Positions 36,201 to 48,200 of a DNA stretch of 64,000 nucleotides are shown here, piece after piece. Position numbers and translations under genes: made by a program. This DNA comes from Eledone cirrhosa (Eukaryota): the NCBI GenBank assembly GCA_964016885.1, contig OZ024741.1:22506001-22570000 (forward strand), given 5' to 3'. A model generated the notes under the pieces. That model did not search any database, was not told the DNA's origin, and saw only the letters and a program-made list of their open reading frames with translations. Positions within the stretch are counted from its first letter, which is position 1. The number at the start of each line of letters is the position of its first letter.

Positions 36201-39200
36201 TGAGCTGGGTAGTGGGGTGGTGTTGAGGGTTGGTGTGCCTGAGCTGGGTAGTGGGGTGGTGTTGAGGGTTGGTGTGCCTGAGATGGGTAGTGGGGTGGTG
36301 TTGAGGCTTGGTGTGCCTGAGCTGGGAAGTGGGGTGGTGTTGAGGGTTGGTGTGCCTGAGCTGGGTAGTGGGGTGGTATTGAGGGTTGGTATACCTGAGC
36401 TGGGCAGTGGGGTGTTGTTGAGGGTTGGTATACCTGAGCTGGGTAGTGGGGTGGTGTTGAGGGTTGGTATACCTGAGCTGGGTAGTGGGGTGGTGTTGAG
36501 AGTTGGTGTACCTGAGCTGGGTAGTGGGGTGTTGTTCAGGGTTGGTATACCTGAGCTGGGCAGTGGGGTGATGTTGAGGGTTGGTATACCTGAGCTGGGT
36601 ATTGGGGTGGTGTTGAGGGTTGGTATACCTGAGCTGGGTAGTGGGGTGGTGTTTATGGTTGGTATATCTGAGCTGGGTAGTGGGGTGTTGTTGAGGGTTG
36701 GTATACCTGAGCTGGGCAGTGGGGTGTTGTTGAGGGTTGGTATACCTGAGCTGGGTAGTGGGGTGGTGTTGAGGGTTGGTATATCTGAGCTGGGCAGTGG
36801 GGTGCTGTTGAGGGTTGGTATACCTGAGCTGGGTAGTGGGGTGGTGTTGAGGGTTGGTATACCTGAGCTGGGTAGTGGGGTGGTGTTGAGGGTTGGTATA
36901 TCTGAGCTGGGTAGTGGGGTGTTGTTGAGGGTTGGTATACCTGAGCTGGGCAGTGGGGTGTTGTTGAGGGTTGGTATACCTGAGCTGGGTAGTGGGGTGT
37001 TGTTGAGGGTTGGTATACCTGAGCTGGGTAGTGGGGTGGTGTTGAGGGTTGGTATACCTGAGCTGGGTAGTGGGGTGGTGTTGAGGGTTGGTATACCTGA
37101 GCTGGGTAGTGGGGTGGTGTTGAGGGTTGGTATATCTGAGCTGGGTAGTGGGGTGTTGTTGAGGGTTGGTATACCTGAGCTGGGCAGTGGGGTGTTGTTG
37201 AGGGTTGGTATACCTGAGCTGGGTAGTGGGGTGGTGTTGAGGGTTGGTATACCTGAACTGGGTAGTGGGGTGGTGTTGAGAGTTGGTGTGCCTGAGCTGG
37301 GTAGTGGGGTGGTGTTGAGGGTTGGTGTGCCTGAGCTGGGTAGTGGGGTGGTGTTGAGGGTTGGTATACCTGAATTGGGTAGTGGGGTGGTGTTGAGGGT
37401 TGGTATACCTGAGCTGGGTAGTGGGGTGGTGTTGAGAGTTGGTGTGCCTGAGCTGGGTAGTGGGGTGGTATTGAGGGTTGGTGTGCCTGAGCTGGGAAGT
37501 GGGGTGGTATTGAGGGTTGGTGTGCCTGAGCTGAGTATTGGGGTGGTGTTGAGGGTTGGTGTGCTTGAGCTGGGAAGTGGGGTGGTGTTGAAGGTTGATA
37601 TACCTGAGCTGGGTAGTGGGGTGGTGTTGAGGGTTGGTGTGCCTGAGCTGGGTAGTGGGGTGGTATTGAGTGTTGGTGTGCTTCAGCTGGGTAGTGGGGT
37701 GGAGTTGAGGGTTGGTGTGCTTGAGCTGGGTAGTGGGGTGGTGTTGAGGGTTGGTGTGCTTGAGCTGGGAAGTGAGGTGGTATTGAGGGTTGGTGTGCTT
37801 GAGCTGGGTAGTGGGGTGGTGTTGAGCGTTGGTGTGCCTAAGCTGGGAAGTGGGGTGGTGTTGAGTGTTGATATACCTGAGCTGGGCAGTGGGTGGTGTT
37901 GAGGGTTGGTGTGCTTGAGCTAGGAAGTGGGGTGGTGTTGAGGGTTGGTATACCTGAGCTGGGTATTGGGGTGGTGTTGAGGGTTGGCGTGCTTGAGCTG
38001 GGTAGTGGGGTGGTGTTGAGGGTTGGTGTGCCTGAGCTGGGTAGTGGGGTGGTGTTGAGGGTTGGTGTGCCTGAGCTGGTTAGTGGGGTGGTGTTGAGGG
38101 TTGGTATACCTGAGCTGGGTAGTGGGGTGGTGTTGAGGGTTGGTATACCTGAGCTGGGTAGTGGGGTGGTGTTGAGGGTTGGTATACCTGAGCGGGGCAG
38201 TGGGGTGGTGTTGAGGGTTGGTATACCTGAGCGGGGCAGTGGGGGTGGTGTTGAGGGTTGGTGTGCCTGAGCTGGGTAGTGGGGTGGTGTTGACGGTTGT
38301 TGTGCTTGAGCTGGGAAGTGGGGTGGTGTTGAGGGTTGGAGTGCCTGAGTGGGTATTGGGGTGGTGTTGAGGGTTGGTGTGCTTGAGCTGGGAAGTGGGG
38401 TGGTGTTGAGGGTTGGTGTGCCTGAGCTGGGTAGTGGGGTGGTGTTGAGGGTTGGTGTGCTTGATATGGGAAGTGGGGTGGTGTTGAGGGTTGGTGTGCC
38501 TGAGCTGGGTAGTGGGGTGGTGTTGAGGGTTGGTATACCTGAGCTGGGCAGTGGGGTGGTGTTGAGGGTCAGTATACCTGAGCTGGGTAGTTGGGTGGTG
38601 TTGAGTGTTGGTATACCTGAGCTGGGCAGTGGGGTGGTGTTGAGGGTTGGTGTGCCTAAGCTGGGTAGTGGGGTGGAGTTGAGGGTTGGTATACCTGAGC
38701 TGGGCAGTGGGGTGGTGTTGAGGGTTGGTATACCTGAGCTGGGTAGTGGGGTGGTGTTGAGGGTTGGTATACCTGAGCGGGGCAGTGGGGTGGTGTTGAG
38801 GGTTGGTATACCTGAGCGGGGCAGTGGGGTGGTGTTGAGGGTTGGTGTGCCTGAGCTGGGTAGTGGGGTGGTGTTGAGGGTTGGTGTGCCTGAGCTGGGT
38901 AGTGGGGTGGTGTTGAGGGTTGGTATACCTGAGCTGGGTAGTGGGGTGGTGTTGAGGGTTGGTGTGCCTGAGCTGGGTAGTGGGGTGGTGTTGAGGGTTG
39001 GTGTGCCTGAGCTGGGTAGTGGGGTGGTGTTGAGGGTTGGTTTACCTGAGCTGGGTAGTGGGGTGGTGTTGAGGGTTGGTATACCTGAGCTGGGTAGTGG
39101 GGTGGTGTTGAGGGATGGTATACCTGAGCTGGGTAGTGGGGTGGTGTTGAGGGTTGGTATACCTGAGCTGGGTAGTGGGGTGGTGTTGAGGGTTGGTGTA

Positions 39201-42200
39201 CCTGAGCTGGGTAGTGAGGTGGGGTTGAGGGTTGGTATACCTGAGCTGGGTAGTGGGGTGGTGTTGAGGGTTGGTGTGCTTGAGCTGGGTAGTGGGGTGG
39301 CGTTGAGGGTTGGTGTGCCTGAGCTGGGTAGTGGGGTGGTGTTGAGGGTTGGTGTGTCTGAGCTGGGTAGTGGGGTGGTGTTGAGGGTTGATATACCTGA
39401 GCTGGGTAGTGGGGTGGTGTTGAGGGATGGTATACCTGAGCTGGGTAGTGGGGTGGTGTTGAGAGTCAGTATACCTGAGCTGGGTAGTGGGGTGGTGTTG
39501 AGGGTTGGTATACATGAGCTGGGTAGTTGGGTGGTGTTGAGGGTTGATATACCTGAGCTGGGTAGTGGGGTGGTGTTGAGTGATGGTATACCTGATCTGG
39601 GTAGTGGGGTGGTGTTGAGAGTTGGTGTGCCTGAGCTAGGTAGTGGGGTGGCGTTGAGGGTTGGTGTGCCTGAGCTGGGTAGTGGGGTGGTGTTGAGGGT
39701 TGGTGTGTCTGAGCTGGGTAGTGGGGTGGTGTTGAGGGTTGATATACCTGAGCTGGGTAGTGGGATGGTGTTGAGGGTTGGTGTGCTTGAGCTGGGTAGT
39801 GGGGTGGTGTTGAGGGTTGGTGTGCCTTAGTAGGGTAGTGGGGTGGTGTTGAGGGTTGGTGTGCCTGAGCTGGGTAGTGGGGTGGTGTTGAGGGTTGGTG
39901 TGCCTGAGCTGGGCAGTGGGGTGTTGTTGAGGGTTGGTATACCTGAGCTGGGTAGTGGGGTGGTGTTGAGGGTTGGTATACCTAGCTGGGTAGTGGGATG
40001 GTGTTGAGGGTTGGTATACCTGAACAGGGTAGTGGGGTGTTGTTGAGAGTTGGTATACCTGAGCTGGGTAGTGGGGTGGTGTTGAGGGTTGGTGTGCTTG
40101 AGCTGGGTAGAGTGGTGGTGTCGAGGGTTGGTGTGCCTTAGCTGGGTAGTGGGGTGGTGTTGAGGGTTGGTGTGCCTGAGCTGGGCAGTGGGGTGGTGTT
40201 GAGGGTTGGTGTACCTGAGCTGGGTAGTGAGGTGGGGTTGAGGGTTGGTATACCTGAGCTGGGTAGTGGGGTGGTGTTGAGGGTTGGTGTGCTTGAGCTG
40301 GGTAGTGGGGTGGTGTTGAGGGTTGGCTTGCTTGATCTGGGTAGTGGGGTGGTGTCGAGGGTTGGTGTGCCGTAGCTGGGTAGTGGGGTGGTGTTGAGGG
40401 TTGGTGTGCCTGAGCTGGGCAGTGGGGTGTTGTTGAGAGTTGGTATACCTGAGCTGGGTAGTGGGGTGTTGTTGAGGATTGGTATACCTGAGCTGGTTAG
40501 TGGGGTGCTGTTGAGGGTTGGTATACCTGAGCTGGGTAGGGGGGTGGTGTTGATGGTTGGTGTGCTTGAGCTGGGTAGTGGGGTGGTGTTAAGGGTTGGT
40601 GTGCTTGAGCTGGGTAGTGGGGTGGTGTTGAGGGTTGGTATATCTGAGCTGGGTAGTGGGGTGTTGTTGAGGGTTGGTATACCTGAGCTGGGCAGTGGGG
40701 TGTTGTTGAGGGTTGGTATACCTGAGCTGGGTAGTGGGGTGGTGTTGAGGGTTGGTATACCTGAACTGGGTAGTGGGGTGGTGTTGAGAGTTGGTGTGCC
40801 TGAGCTGGGTAGTGGGGTGGTGTTGAGGGTTGGTGTGCCTGAGCTGGGTAGTGGGGTGGTGTTGAGGGTTGGTATACCTGAATTGGGTAGTGGGGTGGTG
40901 TTGAGGGTTGGTATACCTCAGCTGGGTAGTGGGGTGGTGTTGAGAGTTGGTGTGCCTGAGCTGGGTAGTGGGGTGGTATTGAGGGTTGGTGTGCCTGAGC
41001 TGGGAAGTGGGGTGGTATTGAGGGTTGGTGTGCCTGAGCTGAGTATTGGGGTGGTGTTGAGGGTTGGTGTGCTTGAGCTGGGAAGTGGGGTGGTGTTGAA
41101 GGTTGATATACCTGAGCTGGGTAGTGGGGTGGTGTTGAGGGTTGGTGTGCCTGAGCTGGGTAGTGGGGTGGTATTGAGTGTTGGTGTGCTTCAGCTGGGT
41201 AGTGGGGTGGAGTTGAGGGTTGGTGTGCTTGAGCTGGGTAGTGGGGTGGTGTTGAGGGTTGGTGTGCTTGAGCTGGGAAGTGAGGTGGTATTGAGGGTTG
41301 GTGTGCTTGAGCTGGGTAGTGGGGTGGTGTTGAGCGTTGGTGTGCCTAAGCTGGGAAGTGGGGTGGTGTTGAGGGTTGATATACCTGAGCTGGGCAGTGG
41401 GTGGTGTTGAGGGTTGGTGTGCTTGAGCTAGGAAGTGGGGTGGTGTTGAGGGTTGGTATACCTGAGCTGGGTATTGGGGTGGTGTTGAGGGTTGGCGTGC
41501 TTGAGCTGGGTAGTGGGGTGGTGTTGAGGGTTGGTGTGCCTGAGCTGGGTAGTGGGGTGGTGTTGAGGGTTGGTGTGCCTGAGCTGGTTAGTGGGGTGGT
41601 GTTGAGGCTTGGTATACCTGAGCTGGGTAGTGGGGTGGTGTTGAGGGTTGGTATACCTGAGCTGGGTAGTGGGGTGGTGTTGAGGGTTGGTATACCTGAG
41701 CGGGGCAGTGGGGTGGTGTTGAGGGTTGGTATACCTGAGCGGGGCAGTGGGGGTGGTGTTGAGGGTTGGTGTGCCTGAGCTGGGTAGTGGGGTGGTGTTG
41801 ACGGTTGTTGTGCTTGAGCTGGGAAGTGGGGTGGTGTTGAGGGTTGGAGTGCCTGAGTGGGTATTGGGGTGGTGTTGAGGGTTGGTGTGCTTGAGCTGGG
41901 AAGTGGGGTGGTGTTGAGGGTTGGTGTGCCTGAGCTGGGTAGTGGGGTGGTGTTGAGGGTTGGTGTGCTTGATATGGGAAGTGGGGTGGTGTTGAGGGTT
42001 GGTGTGCCTGAGCTGGGTAGTGGGGTGGTGTTGAGGGTTGGTATACCTGAGCTGGGCAGTGGGGTGGTGTTGAGGGTCAGTATACCTGAGCTGGGTAGTT
42101 GGGTGGTGTTGAGTGTTGGTATACCTGAGCTGGGCAGTGGGGTGGTGTTGAGGGTTGGTGTGCCTAAGCTGGGTAGTGGGGTGGAGTTGAGGGTTGGTAT

Positions 42201-45200
42201 ACCTGAGCTGGGCAGTGGGGTGGTGTTGAGGGTTGGTATACCAGAGCTGGGTAGTGGGGTGGTGTTGAGGGTTGGTGTGCCTGAGCTGGTTAGTGGGGTG
42301 GTGTTGAGGGTTGGTATACCTGAGCTGGGTAGTGGGGTGGTGTTGAGGGTTGGTATACCTGAGCGGGGCAGTGGGGTGGTGTTGAGGGTTGGTATACCTG
42401 AGCGGGGCAGTGGGGTGGTGTTGAGGGTTGGTGTGCCTGAGCTGGGTAGTGGGGTGGTGTTGAGGGTTGGTGTGCCTGAGCTGGGTAGTGGGGTGGTGTT
42501 GAGGGTTGGTATACCTGAGCTGGGTAGTGGGGTGGTGTTGAGGGTTGGTGTGCCTGAGCTGGGTAGTGGGGTGGTGTTGAGGGTTGGTGTGCCTGAGCTG
42601 GGTAGTGGGGTGGTGTTGAGGGTTGGTTTACCTGAGCTGGGTAGTGGGGTGGTGTTGAGGGTTGGTATACCTGAGCTGGGTAGTGGGGTGGTGTTGAGGG
42701 ATGGTATACCTGAGCTGGGTAGTGGGGTGGAGTTGAGGGTTGGTATACCTGAGCTGGGCAGTGGGGTGGTGTTGAGGGTTGGTATACCAGAGCTGGGTAG
42801 TGGGGTGGTGTTGAGGGTCAGTATACCTATGCTGGGTAGTGGGGTGGTGTTGAGGGTTGATATACCTGAGCTGGGTAGTGGGGTGGTGTTGAGGGATGGT
42901 ATACCTGAGCTGGGTAGTGGGGTGGTGTTGAGAGTCAGTATACCTGAGCTGGGTAGTGGGGTGGTGTTGAGGGTTGGTATACATGAGCTGGGTAGTTGGG
43001 TGGTGTTGAGGGTTGATATACCTGAGCTGGGTAGTGGGGTGGTGTTGAGTGATGGTATACCTGATCTGGGTAGTGGGGTGGTGTTGAGAGTTGGTGTGCC
43101 TGAGCTAGGTAGTGGGGTGGCGTTGAGGGTTGGTGTGCCTGAGCTGGGTAGTGGGGTGGTGTTGAGGGTTGGTGTGTCTGAGCTGGGTAGTGGGGTGGTG
43201 TTGAGGGTTGATATACCTGAGCTGGGTAGTGGGATGGTGTTGAGGGTTGGTGTGCTTGAGCTGGGTAGTGGGGTGGTGTTGAGGGTTGGTGTGCCTTAGT
43301 AGGGTAGTGGGGTGGTGTTGAGGGTTGGTGTGCCTGAGCTGGGTAGTGGGGTGGTGTTGAGGGTTGGTGTGCCTGAGCTGGGCAGTGGGGTGTTGTTGAG
43401 GGTTGGTATACCTGAGCTGGGTAGTGGGGTGGTGTTGAGGGTTGGTATACCTAGCTGGGTAGTGGGATGGTGTTGAGGGTTGGTATACCTGAACAGGGTA
43501 GTGGGGTGTTGTTGAGAGTTGGTATACCTGAGCTGGGTAGTGGGGTGGTGTTGAGGGTTGGTGTGCTTGAGCTGGGTAGAGTGGTGGTGTCGAGGGTTGG
43601 TGTGCCTTAGCTGGGTAGTGGGGTGGTGTTGAGGGTTGGTGTGCCTGAGCTGGGCAGTGGGGTGGTGTTGAGGGTTGGTGTACCTGAGCTGGGTAGTGAG
43701 GTGGGGTTGAGGGTTGGTATACCTGAGCTGGGTAGTGGGGTGGTGTTGAGGGTTGGTGTGCTTGAGCTGGGTAGTGGGGTGGTGTTGAGGGTTGGCTTGC
43801 TTGATCTGGGTAGTGGGGTGGTGTCGAGGGTTGGTGTGCCGTAGCTGGGTAGTGGGGTGGTGTTGAGGGTTGGTGTGCCTGAGCTGGGCAGTGGGGTGTT
43901 GTTGAGAGTTGGTATACCTGAGCTGGGTAGTGGGGTGTTGTTGAGGATTGGTATACCTGAGCTGGTTAGTGGGGTGCTGTTGAGGGTTGGTATACCTGAG
44001 CTGGGTAGGGGGGTGGTGTTGATGGTTGGTTTGCTTGAGCTGGGTAGTGGGGTGGTGTTGAGGGTTGGTGTGCTTGAGCTGGGTATTGGGGTGGTGTTGA
44101 GGGTTGGTATACCTGAGCTGGGTAGTGGGGTGGTGTTGAGGGTTGGCATACCTGAGCTGGGTAGTGGGGTGGTGTTGAGGGTTGCTATACCTGAGCTGGG
44201 TAGTGGGGTGGTGTTGAGGGTTGGTGTGCCTGAGCTGGGAAGTGGGGGGATATTGAGGGTTGGTGTGCCTGAGCTGGGTAGTGGGGTGGTATTGAGGGTT
44301 GGTGTTCCTGAGATGGGTAGTGTGGTGGTGTTGAGGCTTGGTGTGCCTGAGCTGGGAAGTGGGGTGGTGTTGAGGGTTGGTGTGCCTGAGCTGGGTTGTG
44401 GGGTGGTATTGAGGGTTGGTGTGCCTGAGCTGGGTAGTGGGGTGGTGTTGAGGGTTGGTGTGCCTGAGCTGGGAAGTGGGGTGGTGTTGAGGGTTGGTGT
44501 GCCTGAGCTGGGTAGTGGGGTGGTATTGAGAGTTGGTGTGCCTGAGCTGGGTAGTGGGGTGGTGTTGAGGGTTGGTGTGCCTGAGCTGGGTAGTGGGGTG
44601 GTGTTGAGGGTTGGTGTGCCTGAGCTGGGTAGTGGGGTGGTTTTGAGGGTTGGTGTTCCTGAGATGGGTAGTGGGGTGGTGTTGAGGCTTGGTGTGCCTG
44701 AGCTGGGAAGTGGGGTGGTGTTGAGGGTTGGTGTGCCTGAGCTGGGTAGTGGGGTGGTATTGAGGGTTGGTGTGCCTGAACTGGGTAGTGGGGTGGTGTT
44801 GAGGGTTGGTGTGCCTGAGCTGGGTAGTGGGGTGTTGTTGAGGGTTGGTATACCTGAGCTGGGCAGTGGGGTGTTGTTGAGGGTTGGTATACCTGAGCTG
44901 GGTAGTGGGGTGGTGTTGAGGGTTGGTATACCTGAGCTGGGTAGTGGGGTGGTGTTGAGAGTTGGTGTACCTGAGCTGGGTAGTGGGGTGTTGTTCAGGG
45001 TTGGTATACCTGAGCTGGGCAGTGGGGTGTTGTTGAGGGTTGGTATACCTGAGCTGGGTATTGGGGTGGTGTTGAGGGTTGGTATACCTGAGCTGGGTAG
45101 TGGGGTGGTGTTGAGGGTTGGTATATCTGAGCTGGGTAGTGGGGTGTTGTTGAGGGTTGGTATACCTGAGCTGGGCAGTGGGGTGTTGTTGAGGGTTGGT

Positions 45201-48200
45201 ATACCTGAGCTGGGTAGTGGGGTGGTGTTGAGGGTTGTTATACCTGAACTGGGTAGTGGGGTGGTGTTGAGAGTTGGTGGGCCTGAGCTGGGTAGTGGGG
45301 TGGTGTTGAGGGTTGGTATATCTGACCTGGGTAGCGGGGTGGTGTTGAGGGTTGGTATACCTGAGCTGGGTAGTGGGGTGGTGTTGAGAGTTGGTGTGCC
45401 TGAGCTGGGTAGTGGGGTGGTATTGAGGGTTGGTGTGCCTGAGCTGGGAAGTGGGGTGGTGTTGAGGGTTGGTGTGCCTGAGCTGGGTATTGGGGTGGTG
45501 TTGAGGGTTGGTGTGCTTGAGCTGGGAAGTGGGGTGGTGTTGAGGGTTGATATACCTGAGCTGGGTAGTGGGGTGGTGTTGAGGGTTGGTGTGCCTGAGC
45601 TGGGTAGTGGGGTGGTGTTGAGGGTTGGTATACCTGAGCTGGGCAGTGGGGTGGTGTTGAGGGTCAGTATACCTGAGCTGGGTAGTTGGGTGGTGTTGAG
45701 GGTTGGTATACCTGAGCTGGGTAGTGGGGTGGTGTTGAGGGTTGGTATATCTGAGCTGGGTAGTGGGGTGTTGTTGAGGGTTGGTATACCTGAGCTGGGC
45801 AGTGGGGTGTTGTTGAGGGTTGGTATACCTGAGCTGGGCAGTGGGGTGTTGTTGAGGGTTGGTATACCTGAGCTGGGTAGTGGGGTGGTGTTGAGGGTTG
45901 GTATACCTGAGCTGGGTAGTGGGGTGGTGTTGAGGGTTGGTATACCTGAACTGGGTAGTGGGGTGGTGTTGAGAGTTGGTGGGCCTGAGCTGGGTAGTGG
46001 GGTGGTGTTGAGGGTTGGTATATCTGAGCTGGGTAGTGGGGTGGTGTTGAGGGTTGGTATACCTGAGCTGGGTAGTGGGGTGGTGTTGAGAGTTGGTGTG
46101 CCTGAGCTGGGTAGTGGGGTGGTATTGAGGGTTGGTGTGCCTGAGCTGGGAAGTGGGGTGGTGTTGAGGGTTGGTGTGCCTGAGCTGGGTATTGGGGTGG
46201 TGTTGAGGGTTGGTGTGCTTGAGCTGGGTAGTGGGGTGGTGTTGGGGGTTGGTGTGCCTGAGCTGGGTAGTGGGGTGGTGTTGACGGTTGGTGTGCCTGA
46301 GCTGGGTAGTGGGGTGGTGTTGAGGGATTGTATACCTAAGCTGGATAGTGGGGTGGTGTTGAAGGTTGGTATACCTGAGCTGGGTAGTGGGGTGGTGTTA
46401 AGGGTTGATATACCTGAGATGGGTAGTGGGGTGGTGTTGAGGGATTGTATACCTGAGCTGGGTAGTGGGGTGGTGTTGAGAGTTGGTGTGCCTGAGCTGG
46501 GTAGTGGGGTGGTGTTGAGGGTTGATATACCTGAGCTGGGTAGTGGGGTGGTGTTGAGGGATGGTATACCTGAGCTGGGTAGTGGGGTGGTGTTGAGGGT
46601 TGATATACCTGAGCTGGGTAGTGGGCTGGTGTTGAGGGTTGGTGTGCCTGAGCTGGGAAGTGGGGTGGTGTTGAAGGTTGGTGTGCCTGAGCTGGGAAGT
46701 GGGGTGGTGTTGAGGGTTGGTGTGCCTGAGCTGGGAAGTGGGGTGGTGTTGAGGGTTGGTATGCCTGTGCTGGGTAATGGGGTGGTGTTGAGGGTTGGTG
46801 TGCCTGAGCTGGGCAGTGGGGTGGTGTTGAGGGTTGGTGTGCTTGAGCTGGGAAGTGGGGTGGTGTTGAGGGTTGGTGTGCCTGAGCTGGGAAGTGGGGT
46901 GGTGTTGAGGGTTGGTGTGCCTGAGCTGGGTAGTGGGGTGGTATTGAGGGTTGGTGTGCCTGAGCTGGGTAGTGGGGTGGTGTTGAGGGTTGGTATACCT
47001 GAGCTGGGTAGTGGGGTGGTGTTGAGGGTTGGTGTGCCTTAGCTGGGTAGTGGGGTGGTTTTTGAGGGGTGGTATGCCTGAGCTGGGTAGTGGGGTGGTT
47101 TTGAGGGTTGGTGTGCTTGAGCTGGGCAGTGGGGTGGTGTCGAGGGTTGGTATACCTGAGCTGGGTAGTGGGGTGGTGTTGAGGTTTGGTATACCTGAGC
47201 TGGGTAGTGGGGTGGTGTTGAGGGTTGGTGTGCTTGAGCTGGGTAGTGGGGTGGTGTTGAGGGTTGGTATACCTGAGCTGGGTAGTGGGCTGGTGTTGAG
47301 GGTTGGTGTGCCTGAGCTGGGTAGTGGGGTGGTGTTGAGGGTTGGTGTGCTTGAGCTGGGTAGTGGGGTGGTGTTGAATTTTGGTATGCTTGAGCTGGGT
47401 AGTGGGGTGGTGTTGAGGGTTGGTATACCTGAGTTGGGTAGTGGGGTGGTGTTGAGGGTTGGTATACCTGAGCTGGGTAGTGGGGTGGTGTTGAGGGTTG
47501 GTGTGCCTGAGCTGGTTAGTGGGGTGGTGTTGAGGGTTGGTATACCTGAGCTGGGTAGTGGGGTGGTGTTGAGGGTTGGTATACCTGAGCTGGGTAGTGG
47601 GGTGGTGTTGAGGGTTGGTGTGCTTGAGCTGGGTAGTGGGGTGATGTTGAGGGTTGAAGTGCCTGAGCTGGGTAGTGGGGTGGTGTTGAGAGTTGGTGTG
47701 CCTGAGCTGGGTATCTGGGTGGTGTTGAGAGTTGGTGTACCTGAGCTGGGTAGTGGGGTGTTGTTCAGGGTTGGTATACCTGAGCTGGGCAGTGGGGTCT
47801 TGTTGAGGGTTGGTATACCTGAGCTGGGTATTGGGGTGGTGTTGAGGGTTGGTATACCTGAGCTGGGTAGTGGGGTGGTGTTGAGGGTTGGTATATCTGA
47901 GCTGGGTAGTGGGGTGTTATGAGGGTTGGTATACCTGAGCTGGGCAGTGGGGTGTTGTTGAGGGTTGGTATACCTGAGCTGGGTAGTGGGGTGGTGTTGA
48001 GGGTTGGTATACCTGAACTGGGTAGTGGGGTGGTGTTGAGAGTTGGTGGGCCTGAGCTGGGTAGTGGGGTGGTGTTGAGGGTTGGTATATCTGAGCTGGG
48101 TAGTGGGGTGTTGTTGAGGGTTGGTATACCTGAGCTGGGCAGTGGGGTGTTGTTGAGGGTTGGTATACCTGAGCTGGGTAGTGGGGTGGTGTTGAGGGTT